Source: Sphingorhabdus sp. (GTDB taxonomy: Bacteria > Pseudomonadota > Alphaproteobacteria > Sphingomonadales > Sphingomonadaceae). From it: a DNA stretch of 64,000 bases. The stretch covers positions 934 through 64,933 of the forward strand of contig JBDTUD010000008.1 of assembly GCA_040007915.1 (NCBI GenBank), read 5' to 3'. Below, piece after piece: positions 23,420 to 34,939 of the stretch. How positions within the stretch are numbered: the stretch's first letter is position 1; every line of letters starts with the position of its first letter. Below the pieces are notes generated by a model, which saw only the letters and a list, made by a program, of their open reading frames with translations, was not told where the DNA came from and made no database searches. The position numbers and the translations under genes are program-made.

Positions 23420-25831
23420 TCACCCATTTCCGGCCAGCGCATCGCGCACCGCCTCGGCAATTTGTTGGACCGAAAACGGCTTGGGCAGGAATGACACATT
23501 GTCGAGGTTGATCGACTCGCGCAATTGTTCCTCGGCATAACCCGACATGAAGAGTATCCGCACATTACCATATTTCGCGCGCAACTGCCGCGCCATCGCG
23601 GGGCCGTCGAGATTGGGCATAACCACGTCGGAGACGATCAAATCATAGCCCTTGCCGTCGGCAAACATCGCCAGCGCCTCTTCGCCGTCGCGCGCGGTTT
23701 CGACGACATAGCCCTGCCGCACCAGCGCCCGTTCGGCGACCGCGCGGACCATGTCCTCGTCCTCGACCACCAACACCCGCCCGCTTCCCCACAGGTCTTT
23801 AGGCTTTTGCCGGTCGGGCCTGGCCACCGTTGCAACGGCTGGCACTTCGCCGACATGGACCGGCAGGAAAATATCGAACCGCGTGCCGCTTCCCGGTTCC
23901 GATTCAGCAAAGATGAACCCGCCCGATTGCTTGACGATTCCGTAAACCGTGGAAAGTCCAAGCCCGGTCCCTTTGCCGACTTCTTTCGTGGTGAAGAACG
24001 GTTCAAATATCTTGCCAAGATTTTCCTTCGGGATACCGGTGCCGCTATCTTCCATCGACAGCAGGATATAGTCGCCAATCGGCAAGATCTCGCTGCCCAT
24101 GGCGCGGACATCGGTCTGGCTGACGGCTTTGGTGGTAATGTGCAGCACCCCGCCACCCGGCATAGCATCGCGCGCGTTGACGCCCAGGTTGATGATCACC
24201 TGCTCAAGCTGCCCAGGGTCGGCGCGTACCGCACCCATTGCCCGACCGTGATGCACCTCAAGCCGTACCGTTTCGCCCAGCAAACGCTTCAGCAGGTTCG
24301 AAACTTCGGCCACCACATCGGGCAATTGCAGCACCTGTGGCCGCAAAGTCTGTTGCCGCGAGAACGCCAGCAACTGGCGCGTGAGGCTCGCCGCGCGGTT
24401 GGAGTTGTTCTTTATCTGCTGGATATCGTCATAATCGCTGTCGCCCGGCTGATGCCGCAGCATCATGAGGTCGCAATAGCCGATAATCGCGGTCAATATG
24501 TTATTGAAGTCATGGGCAACGCCGCCGGCAAGCTGGCCGATGGCCTGCATCTTCGTCGCCTGCGCCACCTGCCGTTTGAGCTTGGTTTCCTCGCTGTTAT
24601 CTTTGAGTCCCAAAAGGACTGCCGCATCGCCCAAGCCACGCACACCGGCAATCGATAGCGCCATGACTTCGTCCGGCTGATCCTTCAATCGCACCGCGAT
24701 GTCGCCTGCCATCGCCTGCCCGCTGGCATAACGGCGGATGCTTTCGGACACCGCGCCTTTATCTTCAGGGATAACCAGATCGCCGGGATAAGGCGGCAAT
24801 TGTTCGGGCGGCAGATCGACAACCCGCGCAAAGGCATCGTTGGCAAACAGAAAACGGCCATCGCGGTCGACCAGCGCCAGCCCCAATGGCAAGTTTGACA
24901 ACAGCTGTTCGACATGGCCAAGCGCAGTGCCGCGTTCAACCCGCCCGCCTTCTTCATCGACGGCGAACAACAATGCCGCGCCGTCCTTGTTATTGTCGCC
25001 CAGCGGAACGTGCATCAAACGCACCGGCAATCCGCGCCGCCCTTCGCGTTCGAAAAAGATGCTGCCCTTTTCATCCATCCGCATGAAGGCCGAGAAATCC
25101 TTGCCAGTAATAGTTTCGGTGTCGCTGCCTGTGGCACGCAGGGCAAAGGCGGCATTGGCGGCCCGAACCCGGCCTTCGGGGCCGATGCTGACCGCCATCA
25201 ATCCGGTCATCGCCATTGCCCGGCCAATCCGGCCGGTGATCAGCTCAATGGCGCGCGATTCGATATCGAGCAGCTGGATCGGCTCCAGCCGCCAGAGCAG
25301 ATATTCATCGCCAGTCCCTGCCCGCGCCACGCGCACGCCGAACTGCATTGCGCCTTTTTGGATGGTATCAATGCTGCTGTTGCCGTCGCGCCACGCGGCG
25401 CGTCCGGCAGCAACCAACAACGCGTGGCTCGATTCATCCAGGCCGAGATCGGGCGGCGCTTTCAGCCCGGGAAACGCTTTGGTGAAATGGTCGTTTGCAC
25501 ACACCAGACGTCCTGCCCGGTCGCTAATTGCAATTGCTGCATTGCTAAGCTGTGCCGCCGCATGAGTGATCGACCAGTCGGGAGGCAACGTCTGCACTGC
25601 TTCTTCGGCGGGGCGGGTGCGCCGGACATAATCGACCAGCCCCCACGCGCCAATCATGGCCCCAGCACAACTGCCCACGAACATAATATTACGCGTCGCG
25701 AACCACAATATCGCAAGCGAAACCAGCGTCGCCAGCACGAGCAGCAGCACATGCTTACCGTTGGCACGAACAGCGTCTTCGCCGTCCCTGCCAAATATTT
25801 GCAAAGCTGCTGGGGACGGCTGGCTATTCAA
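23420..25831 (-). CDS. cckA: hybrid sensor histidine kinase/response regulator (two TM segments, PAS, HisKA, HATPase, REC); CckA-like
   Basis: H-box [19 protein letters not shown] boxes and a C-terminal receiver (VLVVEDE...[10 protein letters not shown]). Apparent TTG start after AAGGTG. The orthology call is an inference. Confidence 0.6.
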   Translation of the reverse strand: MNSQPSPAALQIFGRDGEDAVRANGKHVLLLVLATLVSLAILWFATRNIMFVGSCAGAMIGAWGLVDYVRRTRPAEEAVQTLPPDWSITHAAAQLSNAAIAISDRAGRLVCANDHFTKAFPGLKAPPDLGLDESSHALLVAAGRAAWRDGNSSIDTIQKGAMQFGVRVARAGTGDEYLLWRLEPIQLLDIESRAIELITGRIGRAMAMTGLMAVSIGPEGRVRAANAAFALRATGSDTETITGKDFSAFMRMDEKGSIFFEREGRRGLPVRLMHVPLGDNNKDGAALLFAVDEEGGRVERGTALGHVEQLLSNLPLGLALVDRDGRFLFANDAFARVVDLPPEQLPPYPGDLVIPEDKGAVSESIRRYASGQAMAGDIAVRLKDQPDEVMALSIAGVRGLGDAAVLLGLKDNSEETKLKRQVAQATKMQAIGQLAGGVAHDFNNILTAIIGYCDLMMLRHQPGDSDYDDIQQIKNNSNRAASLTRQLLAFSRQQTLRPQVLQLPDVVAEVSNLLKRLLGETVRLEVHHGRAMGAVRADPGQLEQVIINLGVNARDAMPGGGVLHITTKAVSQTDVRAMGSEILPIGDYILLSMEDSGTGIPKENLGKIFEPFFTTKEVGKGTGLGLSTVYGIVKQSGGFIFAESEPGSGTRFDIFLPVHVGEVPAVATVARPDRQKPKDLWGSGRVLVVEDEDMVRAVAERALVRQGYVVETARDGEEALAMFADGKGYDLIVSDVVMPNLDGPAMARQLRAKYGNVRILFMSGYAEEQLRESINLDNVSFLPKPFSVQQIAEAVRDALAGNG

Positions 25832-25840
25832 CTTGCACCT

Positions 25841-26089
25841 TTACCAGATACGGACACGTTCCCCGGGTTTGAGGAACAATTTACCTGTCGGTTTCGGCTG
25901 GAACGCATCGTACCATTTGTCAAGGTTACGCACCACCCAAGTACGCTGCGCAGAGGGACTATGCGGGTCGGTGATAAGCCGCTGGTGCAGATTTGCTTCA
26001 TGGTAGTTGCGCCACATTTGGTTCCAACCGAAGAAAAATCGCTGGTCGCCGTCCTTCTGGCTGGGTGGTGTTTTACATTCAGGTTGCAA
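25841..26089 (-). CDS. small hypothetical protein directly upstream of the CckA-like kinase
   Basis: Track ORF of 82 aa with a TTG start; an internal ATG at 26017 would give 58 aa. The stop lies 9 nt before the kinase start. Family not recognised. Confidence 0.4.
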   Translation of the reverse strand: MQPECKTPPSQKDGDQRFFFGWNQMWRNYHEANLHQRLITDPHSPSAQRTWVVRNLDKWYDAFQPKPTGKLFLKPGERVRIW

Positions 26090-26107
26090 ATACCTGTTTA
26101 TTATTCA

Positions 26108-26223
26108 CTTCGTCATTCCCGCGAAGGCGGGAATCCATCCCCTAACCAATGGGTTACTGAGCAGCGGTGCGTTATACCTGCCGCTCAGGGGATGGATTCC
26201 CGCCTTCGCGGGAATGACGAAGT
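26108..26223. repeat. REPIN-like doublet: perfect 37-bp inverted arms with a 42-nt spacer
   Basis: 26108-26144 (ACTTCGTCATTCCCGCGAAGGCGGGAATCCATCCCCT) is the exact reverse complement of 26187-26223. Each arm is itself a hairpin with a GAAG loop. Confidence 0.9.
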
Positions 26224-26418
26224 TATTATATTTCATATAGTTATGATTTGAATGTAAACACCACCTGGAGTTGTTCCGACTTATGTTGAGGCAAGCTTCA
26301 GGGAGCGAAGCCCCCTTCGATATGTTTACGCTTGGCCGAAAGCTGGGCCGAAAGCTAGGACAGTCCCATACGGGGACAGTCTCCCGATGAGCCAACCTAA
26401 GTCGGAAAACTCCCGCCC

Positions 26419-26976
26419 TTATCCACGAACCGCATGAGCTTTCGACCGGCGTCGCCACTTGGCAACGATCCACCAGCGCCAGAACCAGGCGGCGAGCACA
26501 TAGCCAATGGCAGCGGCAACAATCGAGATAGTCGCCAGCCCCGCCAACATGGCAGGGGCGGCCTCTGACAGCAGCCAGCTAATCCAGGCTGAAATGGGCG
26601 CATGGGTTTCAAGCAGTTGCGAAAATCGTCCGGAATCAGCCCCCAGATAAAAAAGCGCATTGCCGATGTAGACCGACGCCAACAATATAAACGGCGTGGT
26701 CGCGGGCATACTCAAGAAGGTCATTGCCGCGCCAATCGGGATGTTGGCGCGGACGGGCAAAGCGAGCAGCGCTACGCCCGCGATCTGCACGCCTGGAATA
26801 AGGAAGAAAATACCAATCAACAAACCCAACGCGACACCGCGCGGCACCGACCGCCTTGTAAAGCGCCACAATGCCGGGTGAAAAACACGGTGCACAAAAG
26901 GTCGCAGGAAACGGCTTTTTTCGAAGCTTTCCCGCGTTGGCGCCTGCCGATGTATCCATTGGCCGAAGCGGCTCAT
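26419..26976 (-). CDS. DUF2062 domain-containing membrane protein
   Basis: N-terminus SRFLRPF...HP.LW.F.RRSVARGVALGL..G and TM segments typical of DUF2062 (from memory). Confidence 0.7.
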   Translation of the reverse strand: MSRFGQWIHRQAPTRESFEKSRFLRPFVHRVFHPALWRFTRRSVPRGVALGLLIGIFFLIPGVQIAGVALLALPVRANIPIGAAMTFLSMPATTPFILLASVYIGNALFYLGADSGRFSQLLETHAPISAWISWLLSEAAPAMLAGLATISIVAAAIGYVLAAWFWRWWIVAKWRRRSKAHAVRG

Positions 26977-27455
26977 CCTTTTTCTCTCATTATACGGCCT
27001 TGCTCACGCTTCCAGTCGCGTTCCTTCTCGGTCGCGCGCTTGTCCGGTGCCTTCTTGCCCTTGGCCAATGCCAGCTCCACCTTTGCACGACCCCGGCCGT
27101 TGAAATAAATCGACAGCGGAACCAATGTCATACCCTGACGCATCACCGCGCCGTGCATCTTGTTAATCTCGCGCGCATTAAGCAGCAATTTACGGGGGCG
27201 CTTCGGTTCGTGATTAAAACGGTTGCCGTGGCTGAATTCGGGAATATTGGCGTTGATCAGCCAAACTTCCGCACCTTTGACCTCAGCATAGCTTTCGGCA
27301 ATAGAGCCTTCGCCAAAACGCAGCGATTTGACCTCGGTTCCGGTAAGCGCAATCCCTGCTTCAAACTTGTCCTCAATATAAAAATCATACCGCGCGCGCC
27401 GGTTCTCGGCAACGGTTTTTACCTTCTCAAATGCTTCCGGTTTTGGGCGTGCCAT
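26973..27455 (-). CDS. smpB: SsrA-binding protein SmpB
   Basis: NRRARYDF.I....[12 protein letters not shown] and a C-terminal basic tail. Confidence 0.95.
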   Translation of the reverse strand: MARPKPEAFEKVKTVAENRRARYDFYIEDKFEAGIALTGTEVKSLRFGEGSIAESYAEVKGAEVWLINANIPEFSHGNRFNHEPKRPRKLLLNAREINKMHGAVMRQGMTLVPLSIYFNGRGRAKVELALAKGKKAPDKRATEKERDWKREQGRIMREKG

Positions 27456-28330
27456 TAGATTAAACCAGCATTCTCCAAGGCGGCATCCACTTGACGCTTA
27501 CTTGCTTCGGACGGTGGAGTCATGGGCAGGCGCAGTTCGGTCGGAAAGCCTTCAATAACCCGCGACATAGCATATTTGATCGGCCCGGGTGATGCATCAG
27601 AAAACAAAGCTAAATGAAGCGGATAAAGCTTGTCATTCAGATTACGTGCCAACTCATAGTCGCCGGTTGCACATGCCGCCTGAAATTCGGCGCAAAGGCG
27701 CGGCGCGACGTTCGCGGTCACAGAGATACAGCCCACTCCGCCGCTCGCATTATAAGCAAGCGAAAGCTCATCCACACCTGACAACTGGCAAAACCCCTTC
27801 GGGCATGCGAGCCGGTGGTCGGTGACACGCGACAAATCGCCGCTGGCATCCTTGATCCCCACCACGGTCGGCAATTTTGCAAGCGCCGCCACCGTCTCCG
27901 GTTTGATATCGGTCACCGTCCGCGCGGGCACATTGTAGAGGATGATCGGCAGATCATTCTTCTCGGTCATCCGCGCGAAATGGGCGTAAATCCCTTCCTG
28001 GTTCGGACGGTTGTAATAAGGCGCCACAACCAACCCTGCGGCTGCCCCGCTCTTCTTCGAGAAATTGAGGTGGAGAATGGCGTTGGTCGTATCATTGGAC
28101 CCGCAACCCGCGATCACCGGCACCCGTCCTGCGGCCTGTTCGATGCACACTTCGATTACCCGGTGATGCTCGGCATTGGACAAAGTTGACGATTCACCGG
28201 TGGTGCCGGTGGGTACGAGCGCGCTCGATCCTTGCTCGATTTGCCAATCGACGAGCGCGCGAAAATGCTTCTCGCTAAACGCTCCGTCGCAAAAAGGAGT
28301 GACTAGAGCCGGAATAGAGCCGGAAAACAT
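27455..28330 (-). CDS. dapA: 4-hydroxy-tetrahydrodipicolinate synthase
   Basis: GTTGES motif and full-length DapA similarity. The stop overlaps the smpB start by 1 nt. Confidence 0.95.
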   Translation of the reverse strand: MFSGSIPALVTPFCDGAFSEKHFRALVDWQIEQGSSALVPTGTTGESSTLSNAEHHRVIEVCIEQAAGRVPVIAGCGSNDTTNAILHLNFSKKSGAAAGLVVAPYYNRPNQEGIYAHFARMTEKNDLPIILYNVPARTVTDIKPETVAALAKLPTVVGIKDASGDLSRVTDHRLACPKGFCQLSGVDELSLAYNASGGVGCISVTANVAPRLCAEFQAACATGDYELARNLNDKLYPLHLALFSDASPGPIKYAMSRVIEGFPTELRLPMTPPSEASKRQVDAALENAGLI

Positions 28331-28416
28331 GAAATTCGTTCCTTAATTTATACCATAACCTCGTATAGGGGAATATAGTCGTTCGTTCACCACGTGATAA
28401 GGAAGCAGCCCATAAT

Positions 28417-30441
28417 ATGTCTTCTATGGTAAAGCATCTCATTTCGGCAGCTGCCGTGATTCTTCCTGTTTGTGCAGCTTATGCCCAATCGCCCACGCCC
28501 GAAATAGTCTGGCGCTCAGGCACCGGCACGAACACCACAACGGGCATCCCGGCACAGCCAGTCATCTCCACACCAATGGCGGACCTGAGCGAAGGCAACA
28601 TTCCGGCGGCACTGCAGCGCTGGCGGATGCTCAGCCAGTCGGGGAACTATAGTTTTGGCGAGTATGCCTCGTTCCTGATGATGTATCCTGATTGGCCCGA
28701 TAGCGAAACGATGCGCAAAAATGCCGAGCAGGCCATCAATCTGAACGCCTATTCGCCTAATCAGGCGGTCGCTTATTTTGACCGCTTGCCGCCGCTGACC
28801 AATGGCGGGCGTGCAAAATATGCAATTGCGCTCGACGTCACCGGTGACAAATTGCGCGCCGAGGCGATGGCGCGGCTGGCATGGCGTGGCGGCCCGCTGA
28901 CCGACGATGACGAGGCGCGGCTGCAACGAATGGTCGGTGTCAGGCTGACGTCTGCCGACCATGACGCGCGGACAGACCGTCTGCTGTGGATGGGCGCGAC
29001 CCGCGCCGCCGAGCGCCATATCGCTTACACTTCGCCGCAACGGCGACCCGCCTTTATGGCTATTATGGCATCCAAAACAAGGAGCCCCGACGCAGCGTTG
29101 CGTTTGCAGGAAGCCGGTGCCGCCGCTCGTAACGAGGCGGGCCTTCTCGCCGAACAGGCAAACCAGCTCAAGACATTGGGCAACAGCTTTGCCGCGCGCG
29201 AACTGCTCGCCAATCGCGGCAATCTCGCCAGCCCCGCTCCGGTGCTGAAGGATTGGTACAAGCTTCTCCTAGGTTACGCCCAGGCTGCAGCAAATGACGG
29301 CCAATATGACGTCGCATACCGCATTGCTTCGCGAGTCGATGATGCCATTGCACCGGGCGAAAAAATGGCTGACCAAGACCTAACGACGCGGGACCATTAT
29401 ACCAGCCTGACCTGGCTTGCGGGAACGCTCGCGATGGACCGCCTGGGACGCCCGGCAGATGCAGTTGGTATGTTTACCCGCTATGCCGACGCCGCCAAGT
29501 CACCACAGACCCGTTCAAAAGGTTTCTATTGGGCGGGCAAGGCAGCCGCCAGAACAGGCAACACGCCGCTATCGCAGCAACATTACGCCAGCGCCGGCAC
29601 TTATTACGAGAATTTCTACGGCCAGCTGGCGTTAGAAGCGCTTGGCCGTCCACTGCCGGTGGTGCCGCAGATCGCGTCATTACCGCCAGTCCCTGCCGAT
29701 ACCGCACCGCCCATTTATCTCGCTGCCCGGCTGGCCACCAAATATGGTACATGGAAAGACCAGAGCAACTTCCTTCGCGCAATTTCCAAGAGCGCAACGA
29801 CGCAGGACCAGTTTCTATCGGCGATCAGCCTGTCGAAAAGCCTGAACAGACCGGATCTTGCCGTGATGGCGGGCCGTTATGTACGCCAGAACGGTCATGA
29901 CGAACTTGTCCCCGTCGGATATCCGGCGGTCGATGTGCCGGCATCGCAGAATGCCAACTGGACCATAATCCACGCAATCGCGCGGCAGGAAAGCCAGTTC
30001 GACAAGGCAGCAGTCAGCAGCGCCGGTGCGCGCGGGCTGATGCAGTTGATGCCGGGAACCGCGCGTGAAACATCTGGCAAGATTGCGCTCAGCTATCGCC
30101 CTGAAGCGCTGACCGTGGATACCGATTATAATATCCAGCTTGGATCGACCTATATCCAGCGGATGCTCAATTATTATGGTGGCAGTTATCCATTGGCGGT
30201 GGCTGCCTATAATGCGGGTCCCGGTAATGTGAATAAATGGCTTGCGGCTAATGGCGACCCGCGCACCGGTTCAATTGGTGTGCTGGAATGGATTGAGAAA
30301 ATCCCGCTGTTAGAAACCCGCAATTATGTGCAGCGCGTGCTGGAAAATGCAGTGATGTACGATCACCTGCATCCCGAAAAGGCACGGATAAGGTCTGCAA
30401 CGCCACTCAGCAGCTATCTGGGCAAATCTACGCCGGGGTGA
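28417..30441 (+). CDS. lytic transglycosylase domain-containing protein (Slt70-like)
   Basis: Signal peptide, a long superhelical N-terminal region, and a C-terminal SLT domain (ESQF...GLMQLMP...AYNAGPG). Confidence 0.85.
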   Translation: MSSMVKHLISAAAVILPVCAAYAQSPTPEIVWRSGTGTNTTTGIPAQPVISTPMADLSEGNIPAALQRWRMLSQSGNYSFGEYASFLMMYPDWPDSETMRKNAEQAINLNAYSPNQAVAYFDRLPPLTNGGRAKYAIALDVTGDKLRAEAMARLAWRGGPLTDDDEARLQRMVGVRLTSADHDARTDRLLWMGATRAAERHIAYTSPQRRPAFMAIMASKTRSPDAALRLQEAGAAARNEAGLLAEQANQLKTLGNSFAARELLANRGNLASPAPVLKDWYKLLLGYAQAAANDGQYDVAYRIASRVDDAIAPGEKMADQDLTTRDHYTSLTWLAGTLAMDRLGRPADAVGMFTRYADAAKSPQTRSKGFYWAGKAAARTGNTPLSQQHYASAGTYYENFYGQLALEALGRPLPVVPQIASLPPVPADTAPPIYLAARLATKYGTWKDQSNFLRAISKSATTQDQFLSAISLSKSLNRPDLAVMAGRYVRQNGHDELVPVGYPAVDVPASQNANWTIIHAIARQESQFDKAAVSSAGARGLMQLMPGTARETSGKIALSYRPEALTVDTDYNIQLGSTYIQRMLNYYGGSYPLAVAAYNAGPGNVNKWLAANGDPRTGSIGVLEWIEKIPLLETRNYVQRVLENAVMYDHLHPEKARIRSATPLSSYLGKSTPG

Positions 30442-30454
30442 CATAAGCCGTTCC

Positions 30455-30934
30455 ATGGAGCGCATCAACCCGATAACCCCAGCCGGATTCGCCGCTTTGC
30501 GCGCGCGATATGAGCAGCTGTTCGCGATCGACCGCCCCGCGGTGGTCGAAATCGTCCATTGGGCAGCGGGTAATGGCGACCGCAGCGAGAATGGCGATTA
30601 CATTTACGGCAAGCAGAAACTGCGCGCCATCGACCGTGAGCTGGGGCAGCTTTCGAAAAAGATGAAGGTCGCCAAGATACTCGACCCGGCCGCCCAGGAA
30701 GACCGCAGCAGCGTGTTCTTTGGCGCGACCGTAACCATGGCCGATATCAACGATGTGGAGCGCGTTGTGACGCTGATCGGTGACGACGAGGCAGAGGCTG
30801 GCGAAGGAAGGATCGGCTGGAATTCGCCGCTTGCGCGGGCGCTGCGCGGAGCAAAGGTGGGCGATGTGAAGACGGTGACATTGCCGACCGGTCCCAAGGA
30901 TTGGGAAGTGATAGGGATTAGCTATCCGTCCTAA
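30455..30934 (+). CDS. greB: transcription elongation factor GreB
   Basis: GDRSENGDY.YGK..LR.IDR motif and a GreA/B C-terminal domain. Confidence 0.8.
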   Translation: MERINPITPAGFAALRARYEQLFAIDRPAVVEIVHWAAGNGDRSENGDYIYGKQKLRAIDRELGQLSKKMKVAKILDPAAQEDRSSVFFGATVTMADINDVERVVTLIGDDEAEAGEGRIGWNSPLARALRGAKVGDVKTVTLPTGPKDWEVIGISYPS

Positions 30935-30938
30935 GCCA

Positions 30939-30966
30939 CGTCGCACCAGCGTAGGCCGGTGCAACG
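30939..30966. repeat. single REP-like hairpin between convergent greB and ppk2
   Basis: CGTCGCACCAGC-GTAG-GCCGGTGCAACGG, the same scaffold as the arms at 39202 and 40237. Confidence 0.7.
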
Positions 30967-30971
30967 GCAGT

Positions 30972-31778
30972 TTATTTGTCGGGCTTATACCCCAAATCCT
31001 TCTTGGCCATTTCCAGTATCTCGGCATCTGCCTCGGGAAAATCTTGCGGTACGCTGGCTTCCAACTCGTGCACGACATGCCGTAGCACCGCAATCCGCGC
31101 CGCTTTCTGGTTATTGCCGTCGATCACCGTCCACGGTGCCCATCTGGTGTCCGTGCGCGCAAACATGTCGCTCATGGCCTTGAGGTAATCCTCGCGTTTT
31201 TCGCGGTTCCGGAAATCTTCGGCGGTCACCTTCCATCGTTTTGACGGATCATCCAGCCGCTCGGTCAGCACTTTATCCTGTGTCTGCTGCGTTACATGTA
31301 GGAACAGCTTGATGATCTTTGTCCCAATCTCGCCCTGTCGCGATTCAAATTCGTTGATTTCGTCAAAGGCCCGTCGCCATTCGGCTTCGCTGCAAAATCC
31401 CTCGACTCGTTCCACCAGCACACGGCCATAATGGCTGCGGTCGAAGATACTTACTTCGCATTTGCCCGGTAATTTGCTCCAGAACCGCCAGAGAAAATGC
31501 TTTTCCTTTTCCTCCGCCGTCGGCGCAGAAATGGAATGCACCTGATAATATCGCGGATCCCAGTTGGCGGTTAGCCGCTTTATTGCCCCGCCTTTGCCCG
31601 CAGCATCCCAGCCTTCGACCACAATCAGCGTCCGCGCGCCGTGGAGAATATGCAGCGATTGCAATTCCGCGAGCCGGTCCTGAAGTTTCTTCAGATCCTC
31701 ATCATAATCGCCGTCATATTTTTTGCCGGATTCATAGTCCGATAGATCGATTGCCATATTCACCCCAGCATCCGTCAT
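30972..31778 (-). CDS. polyphosphate kinase 2 family protein
   Basis: GWDAAGKGG Walker A and PPK2 layout. The true start may be ATG 31757 (MAIDLSDYE). Confidence 0.85.
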   Translation of the reverse strand: MTDAGVNMAIDLSDYESGKKYDGDYDEDLKKLQDRLAELQSLHILHGARTLIVVEGWDAAGKGGAIKRLTANWDPRYYQVHSISAPTAEEKEKHFLWRFWSKLPGKCEVSIFDRSHYGRVLVERVEGFCSEAEWRRAFDEINEFESRQGEIGTKIIKLFLHVTQQTQDKVLTERLDDPSKRWKVTAEDFRNREKREDYLKAMSDMFARTDTRWAPWTVIDGNNQKAARIAVLRHVVHELEASVPQDFPEADAEILEMAKKDLGYKPDK

Positions 31779-31856
31779 CCTGAACTTGTTTCAGGACCTA
31801 ATTTCTACCGGTAAGCTATCACCGACAGTAAGATGCTGAAACAAGTTCAGCATCAG
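31775..31856. repeat. hairpin doublet (TCCTGAA-CTTGT-TTCAGGA and GATGCTGAA-ACAAG-TTCAGCATC)
   Basis: Two hairpins in inverted orientation with the same loop and different but self-consistent stems. The left one overlaps the upstream-most ppk2 start candidate. Confidence 0.75.
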
Positions 31857-31877
31857 GAGTGTTTAGTATTGGGACAA

Positions 31878-33659
31878 TCACGCCTTAGGCGGCTGTTCCA
31901 CAATGCGGATATTCAACTCGCGCAATTGCTTTGCGCTTACCGGCCCCGGTGCCGCCATCATCAGGTCTTCGGCCTTCTGGTTCATCGGGAAAACAATGAC
32001 TTCGCGGATATTGGGTTCATCGGCGAGCAGCATCACCATCCGGTCGATGCCCGGTGCGCTCCCGCCATGCGGTGGCGCGCCGAATTTGAATGCGTTGATC
32101 ATGCCTGCAAAATTGGTATCGACTTCTTCCTGCGTGTAACCGGCAATCTCGAATGCCTTGTACATGATCTCGGGCTTGTGGTTCCGGATCGCGCCCGACG
32201 ACAACTCAACCCCGTTGCAGACAATGTCATATTGGTAGGCGAGGATATCGAGCGGGTTCATTGTTTCCAACGCTTCCAACTCACCTTGCGGCATCGAGAA
32301 CGGGTTGTGGCTGAAATCGACTTTCTTGTTGTCCTCATCATATTCGAACATCGGGAAGTCGACGATCCAGCAGAAATTGAAGCTGCCTTCCTCGATCAGT
32401 TCGAGCTGTTCCGCAACGCGGGCGCGGGCGGCACCAGCGAGCTTGACCGCTTGGCTTTCCTTGCCAGCCGCAAAGAAGCAGCCGTCGTCCGGACCAAGTC
32501 CCATCGCGTCATACAACGCGATCATGCCATCCTCACCGTGATTCTTGGCAATCGGTCCGCCAAATTCACCGTTTTTGCGGGTGACATAGCCAAGACCTGC
32601 ATGCCCCTCACCGCGCGCCCACTCATTCATGTCGTCGAAAAATTTGCGGCTCTTTTCGGCAGTCTTTGGTGCCGGAATGGCGCGAACAACACCGCCCTCG
32701 CCGACAATCCGTTCAAACAGGCCGAAACCGGATTTCGTAAAATGCGAACCCACATCATGGATGAGGATCGGGTTGCGCAGATCAGGTTTGTCCGAACCAT
32801 ATTTCAGCATCGATTCACGATATGGAATACGCGGGAACGGCGCAGCTGTTACCGTCCGGCCACGCGCAAATTCCTCGAACAGTCCGTGGAGGACCGGTTC
32901 AATCGCGTTGAACACATCATCCTGGGTGACAAAGCTCATTTCAAAATCGAGCTGATAGAATTCGCCGGGCGAACGATCCGCACGCGCGTCTTCGTCGCGG
33001 AAGCACGGTGCAATCTGGAAATAACGATCAAAACCGGCGACCATCAGCAACTGCTTGAACATCTGCGGTGCTTGGGGCAGCGCGTAAAATTTACCCGGAT
33101 GGACACGACTCGGTACCAAATAGTCGCGTGCGCCTTCGGGGCTGCTTGCGGTCAGAATCGGCGTTTGGAACTCGGTGAAGCCCTGCTCGATCATCCGTTT
33201 TCGGACACTCGAAATGACATTGGAGCGTAGCACGATATTGTTGTGCAAACGCTCTCGCCGCAAATCGAGATAGCGGTATTTCAAGCGGGTCTCTTCGGGA
33301 TATTCAGCCTCACCAAATACCGGCAATGGCAGTTCTTGCGCTGACGACTGCACCGCAACTTCGCGGGCGCGCACTTCAATCTCGCCGGTCGGCAAATTCG
33401 CGTTCACTGTCGCGGTTTCGCGCGCCACCACGTCGCCGGTAATCGTTACCACCGATTCGGCACGGACCCGGTCCAAGACCTTGAATGCCTCGCTATCGAT
33501 ATCGAGAACAATCTGCGTCAGGCCGTAATGGTCACGCAAATCGACGAAAAGCAGCCCACCATGATCGCGCTTGCGGTGAACCCAGCCCGACAGACGGACT
33601 TGGCTTCCAACGTCTGAAGCGCGGAGTTCTGCGCAATTATGGGTGCGGTATGCGTGCAT
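31878..33659 (-). CDS. aspS: aspartate--tRNA ligase
   Basis: 593 aa. OB-fold N-terminus, class II motifs (FRDED..., GGSAPGIDR) and the bacterial insertion domain. Confidence 0.97.
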   Translation of the reverse strand: MHAYRTHNCAELRASDVGSQVRLSGWVHRKRDHGGLLFVDLRDHYGLTQIVLDIDSEAFKVLDRVRAESVVTITGDVVARETATVNANLPTGEIEVRAREVAVQSSAQELPLPVFGEAEYPEETRLKYRYLDLRRERLHNNIVLRSNVISSVRKRMIEQGFTEFQTPILTASSPEGARDYLVPSRVHPGKFYALPQAPQMFKQLLMVAGFDRYFQIAPCFRDEDARADRSPGEFYQLDFEMSFVTQDDVFNAIEPVLHGLFEEFARGRTVTAAPFPRIPYRESMLKYGSDKPDLRNPILIHDVGSHFTKSGFGLFERIVGEGGVVRAIPAPKTAEKSRKFFDDMNEWARGEGHAGLGYVTRKNGEFGGPIAKNHGEDGMIALYDAMGLGPDDGCFFAAGKESQAVKLAGAARARVAEQLELIEEGSFNFCWIVDFPMFEYDEDNKKVDFSHNPFSMPQGELEALETMNPLDILAYQYDIVCNGVELSSGAIRNHKPEIMYKAFEIAGYTQEEVDTNFAGMINAFKFGAPPHGGSAPGIDRMVMLLADEPNIREVIVFPMNQKAEDLMMAAPGPVSAKQLRELNIRIVEQPPKA

Positions 33660-33754
33660 TACATGCTCAATTCAAAAAAACTGTGGAAAGCGCGCCTAAC
33701 ACAGGTGAGTGGGTGCTTTGTCAAGTTGAGATTGCCTGTTAAGGGCTAACACCC

Positions 33755-34939
33755 ATGCAGATTCATCCACTCATCACCAGCACCGAACGCTTGGCCGAAC
33801 TGTGCGAACGTTTAGCGCAATCGCCCTTCGTGGCGGTCGACACCGAGTTCATGCGGGAAAATACGTTCTATCCCGACCTTTGTCTGGTGCAATTGGCCAA
33901 CGCGCATGAAGCAGCGGCAATCGACCCTAAAGCGCCGGGACTCGACATGACCCCGATGCTCGAATTGCTGTGCAATAACGAAGACGTGCTCAAAATTTTC
34001 CACGCAGGCGGACAGGATATCGAGATTTTCTTCAACCTGACCGGCAAAACCCCCCACCCGATGTTCGATACGCAAATCGCGGCGATGGCATTGGGGCAAG
34101 GCGAGCAGATTGGTTATTCGAACCTTGTCGACCTGTGGATGGGCATTCAACTCGACAAAGGCGCGCGCTTTACCGACTGGTCACGGCGACCGCTCGACAA
34201 ACGCCAGATCGATTATGCAATCGCCGATGTCACGCATTTGTCGGTCATCTTTCCGATGATGCTCGAAAAGTTGAAAACCACCGGTCGCGGCGCGTGGCTT
34301 GACCATGAGATGGAGCGGATTTCGGACGTCGCCAATTACCGCAATGACCCGGAAAATGCCTGGAGCCGTGTCAAAATCCAATCGCGCAAACCCGATGTCC
34401 TTGGCCGCCTTAAAGCGATGGCGGCCTGGCGTGAACGTGAAGCGCAGCGCAAAAATATCCCGCGCGGGCGGATCATGAAGGACGAGACGCTGGCCGACAT
34501 TGCTGCTCATCCACCAAAATCGCAGGCCGATCTGCCCAAGGTGCGCGGGCTGTCACCGGCATGGCGCGACAATGAAATCGGCGCGCGGCTGATCGCGGCG
34601 ATTGAGGCGAGCGAACCGATGACGCGCGACGTCCTGCCCGACCGTGGCCGTAGCGCACCGGGCGCCGGCAAAGACGGCGGGTTGGTTGCGGACCTACTCA
34701 AACTACTTCTAAAAATCCGGTCACGTGAAATTAATGTCGCCCCGCGTTTATTGGTGCGGACCGAAGAGTTGGAAAGACTGGCTGCGGGCGAACGCGACGG
34801 GCTGGAGATGCTCAACGGATGGCGGTTTGAACAATTCGGTCGGGACGCGCTGGATCTAGTCGAAGGACGGGTGGCATTCGCGGTGGTCAAGGGCAAGCTG
34901 AAGATGACACGGACGCAGGACGAGACAGAAGTGATATGA
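33755..34939 (+). CDS. rnd: ribonuclease D
   Basis: DEDD 3'-5' exonuclease motifs (VAVDTEF, HAGGQDIE, YAIADV) plus an HRDC region. Confidence 0.9.
   Translation: MQIHPLITSTERLAELCERLAQSPFVAVDTEFMRENTFYPDLCLVQLANAHEAAAIDPKAPGLDMTPMLELLCNNEDVLKIFHAGGQDIEIFFNLTGKTPHPMFDTQIAAMALGQGEQIGYSNLVDLWMGIQLDKGARFTDWSRRPLDKRQIDYAIADVTHLSVIFPMMLEKLKTTGRGAWLDHEMERISDVANYRNDPENAWSRVKIQSRKPDVLGRLKAMAAWREREAQRKNIPRGRIMKDETLADIAAHPPKSQADLPKVRGLSPAWRDNEIGARLIAAIEASEPMTRDVLPDRGRSAPGAGKDGGLVADLLKLLLKIRSREINVAPRLLVRTEELERLAAGERDGLEMLNGWRFEQFGRDALDLVEGRVAFAVVKGKLKMTRTQDETEVI

Noticed and set aside
26334-26357. Tandem direct repeat GGCCGAAAGCT x2 (period 12), considered as a possible CRISPR or VNTR seed.
   Set aside because: There are only two units, no spacers and no cas genes. 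I saw no repeat-spacer architecture anywhere in the window.
26105-26473. 122-aa minus-strand ORF containing FVIPAKAGIHPL...GWIPAFAGMTK.
   Set aside because: The peptide is just the translation of both arms of the 26108-26223 palindromic repeat, which gives the same pseudo-peptide in mirror form. It also overlaps the 3' end of the DUF2062 gene. I treat it as a repeat artefact.
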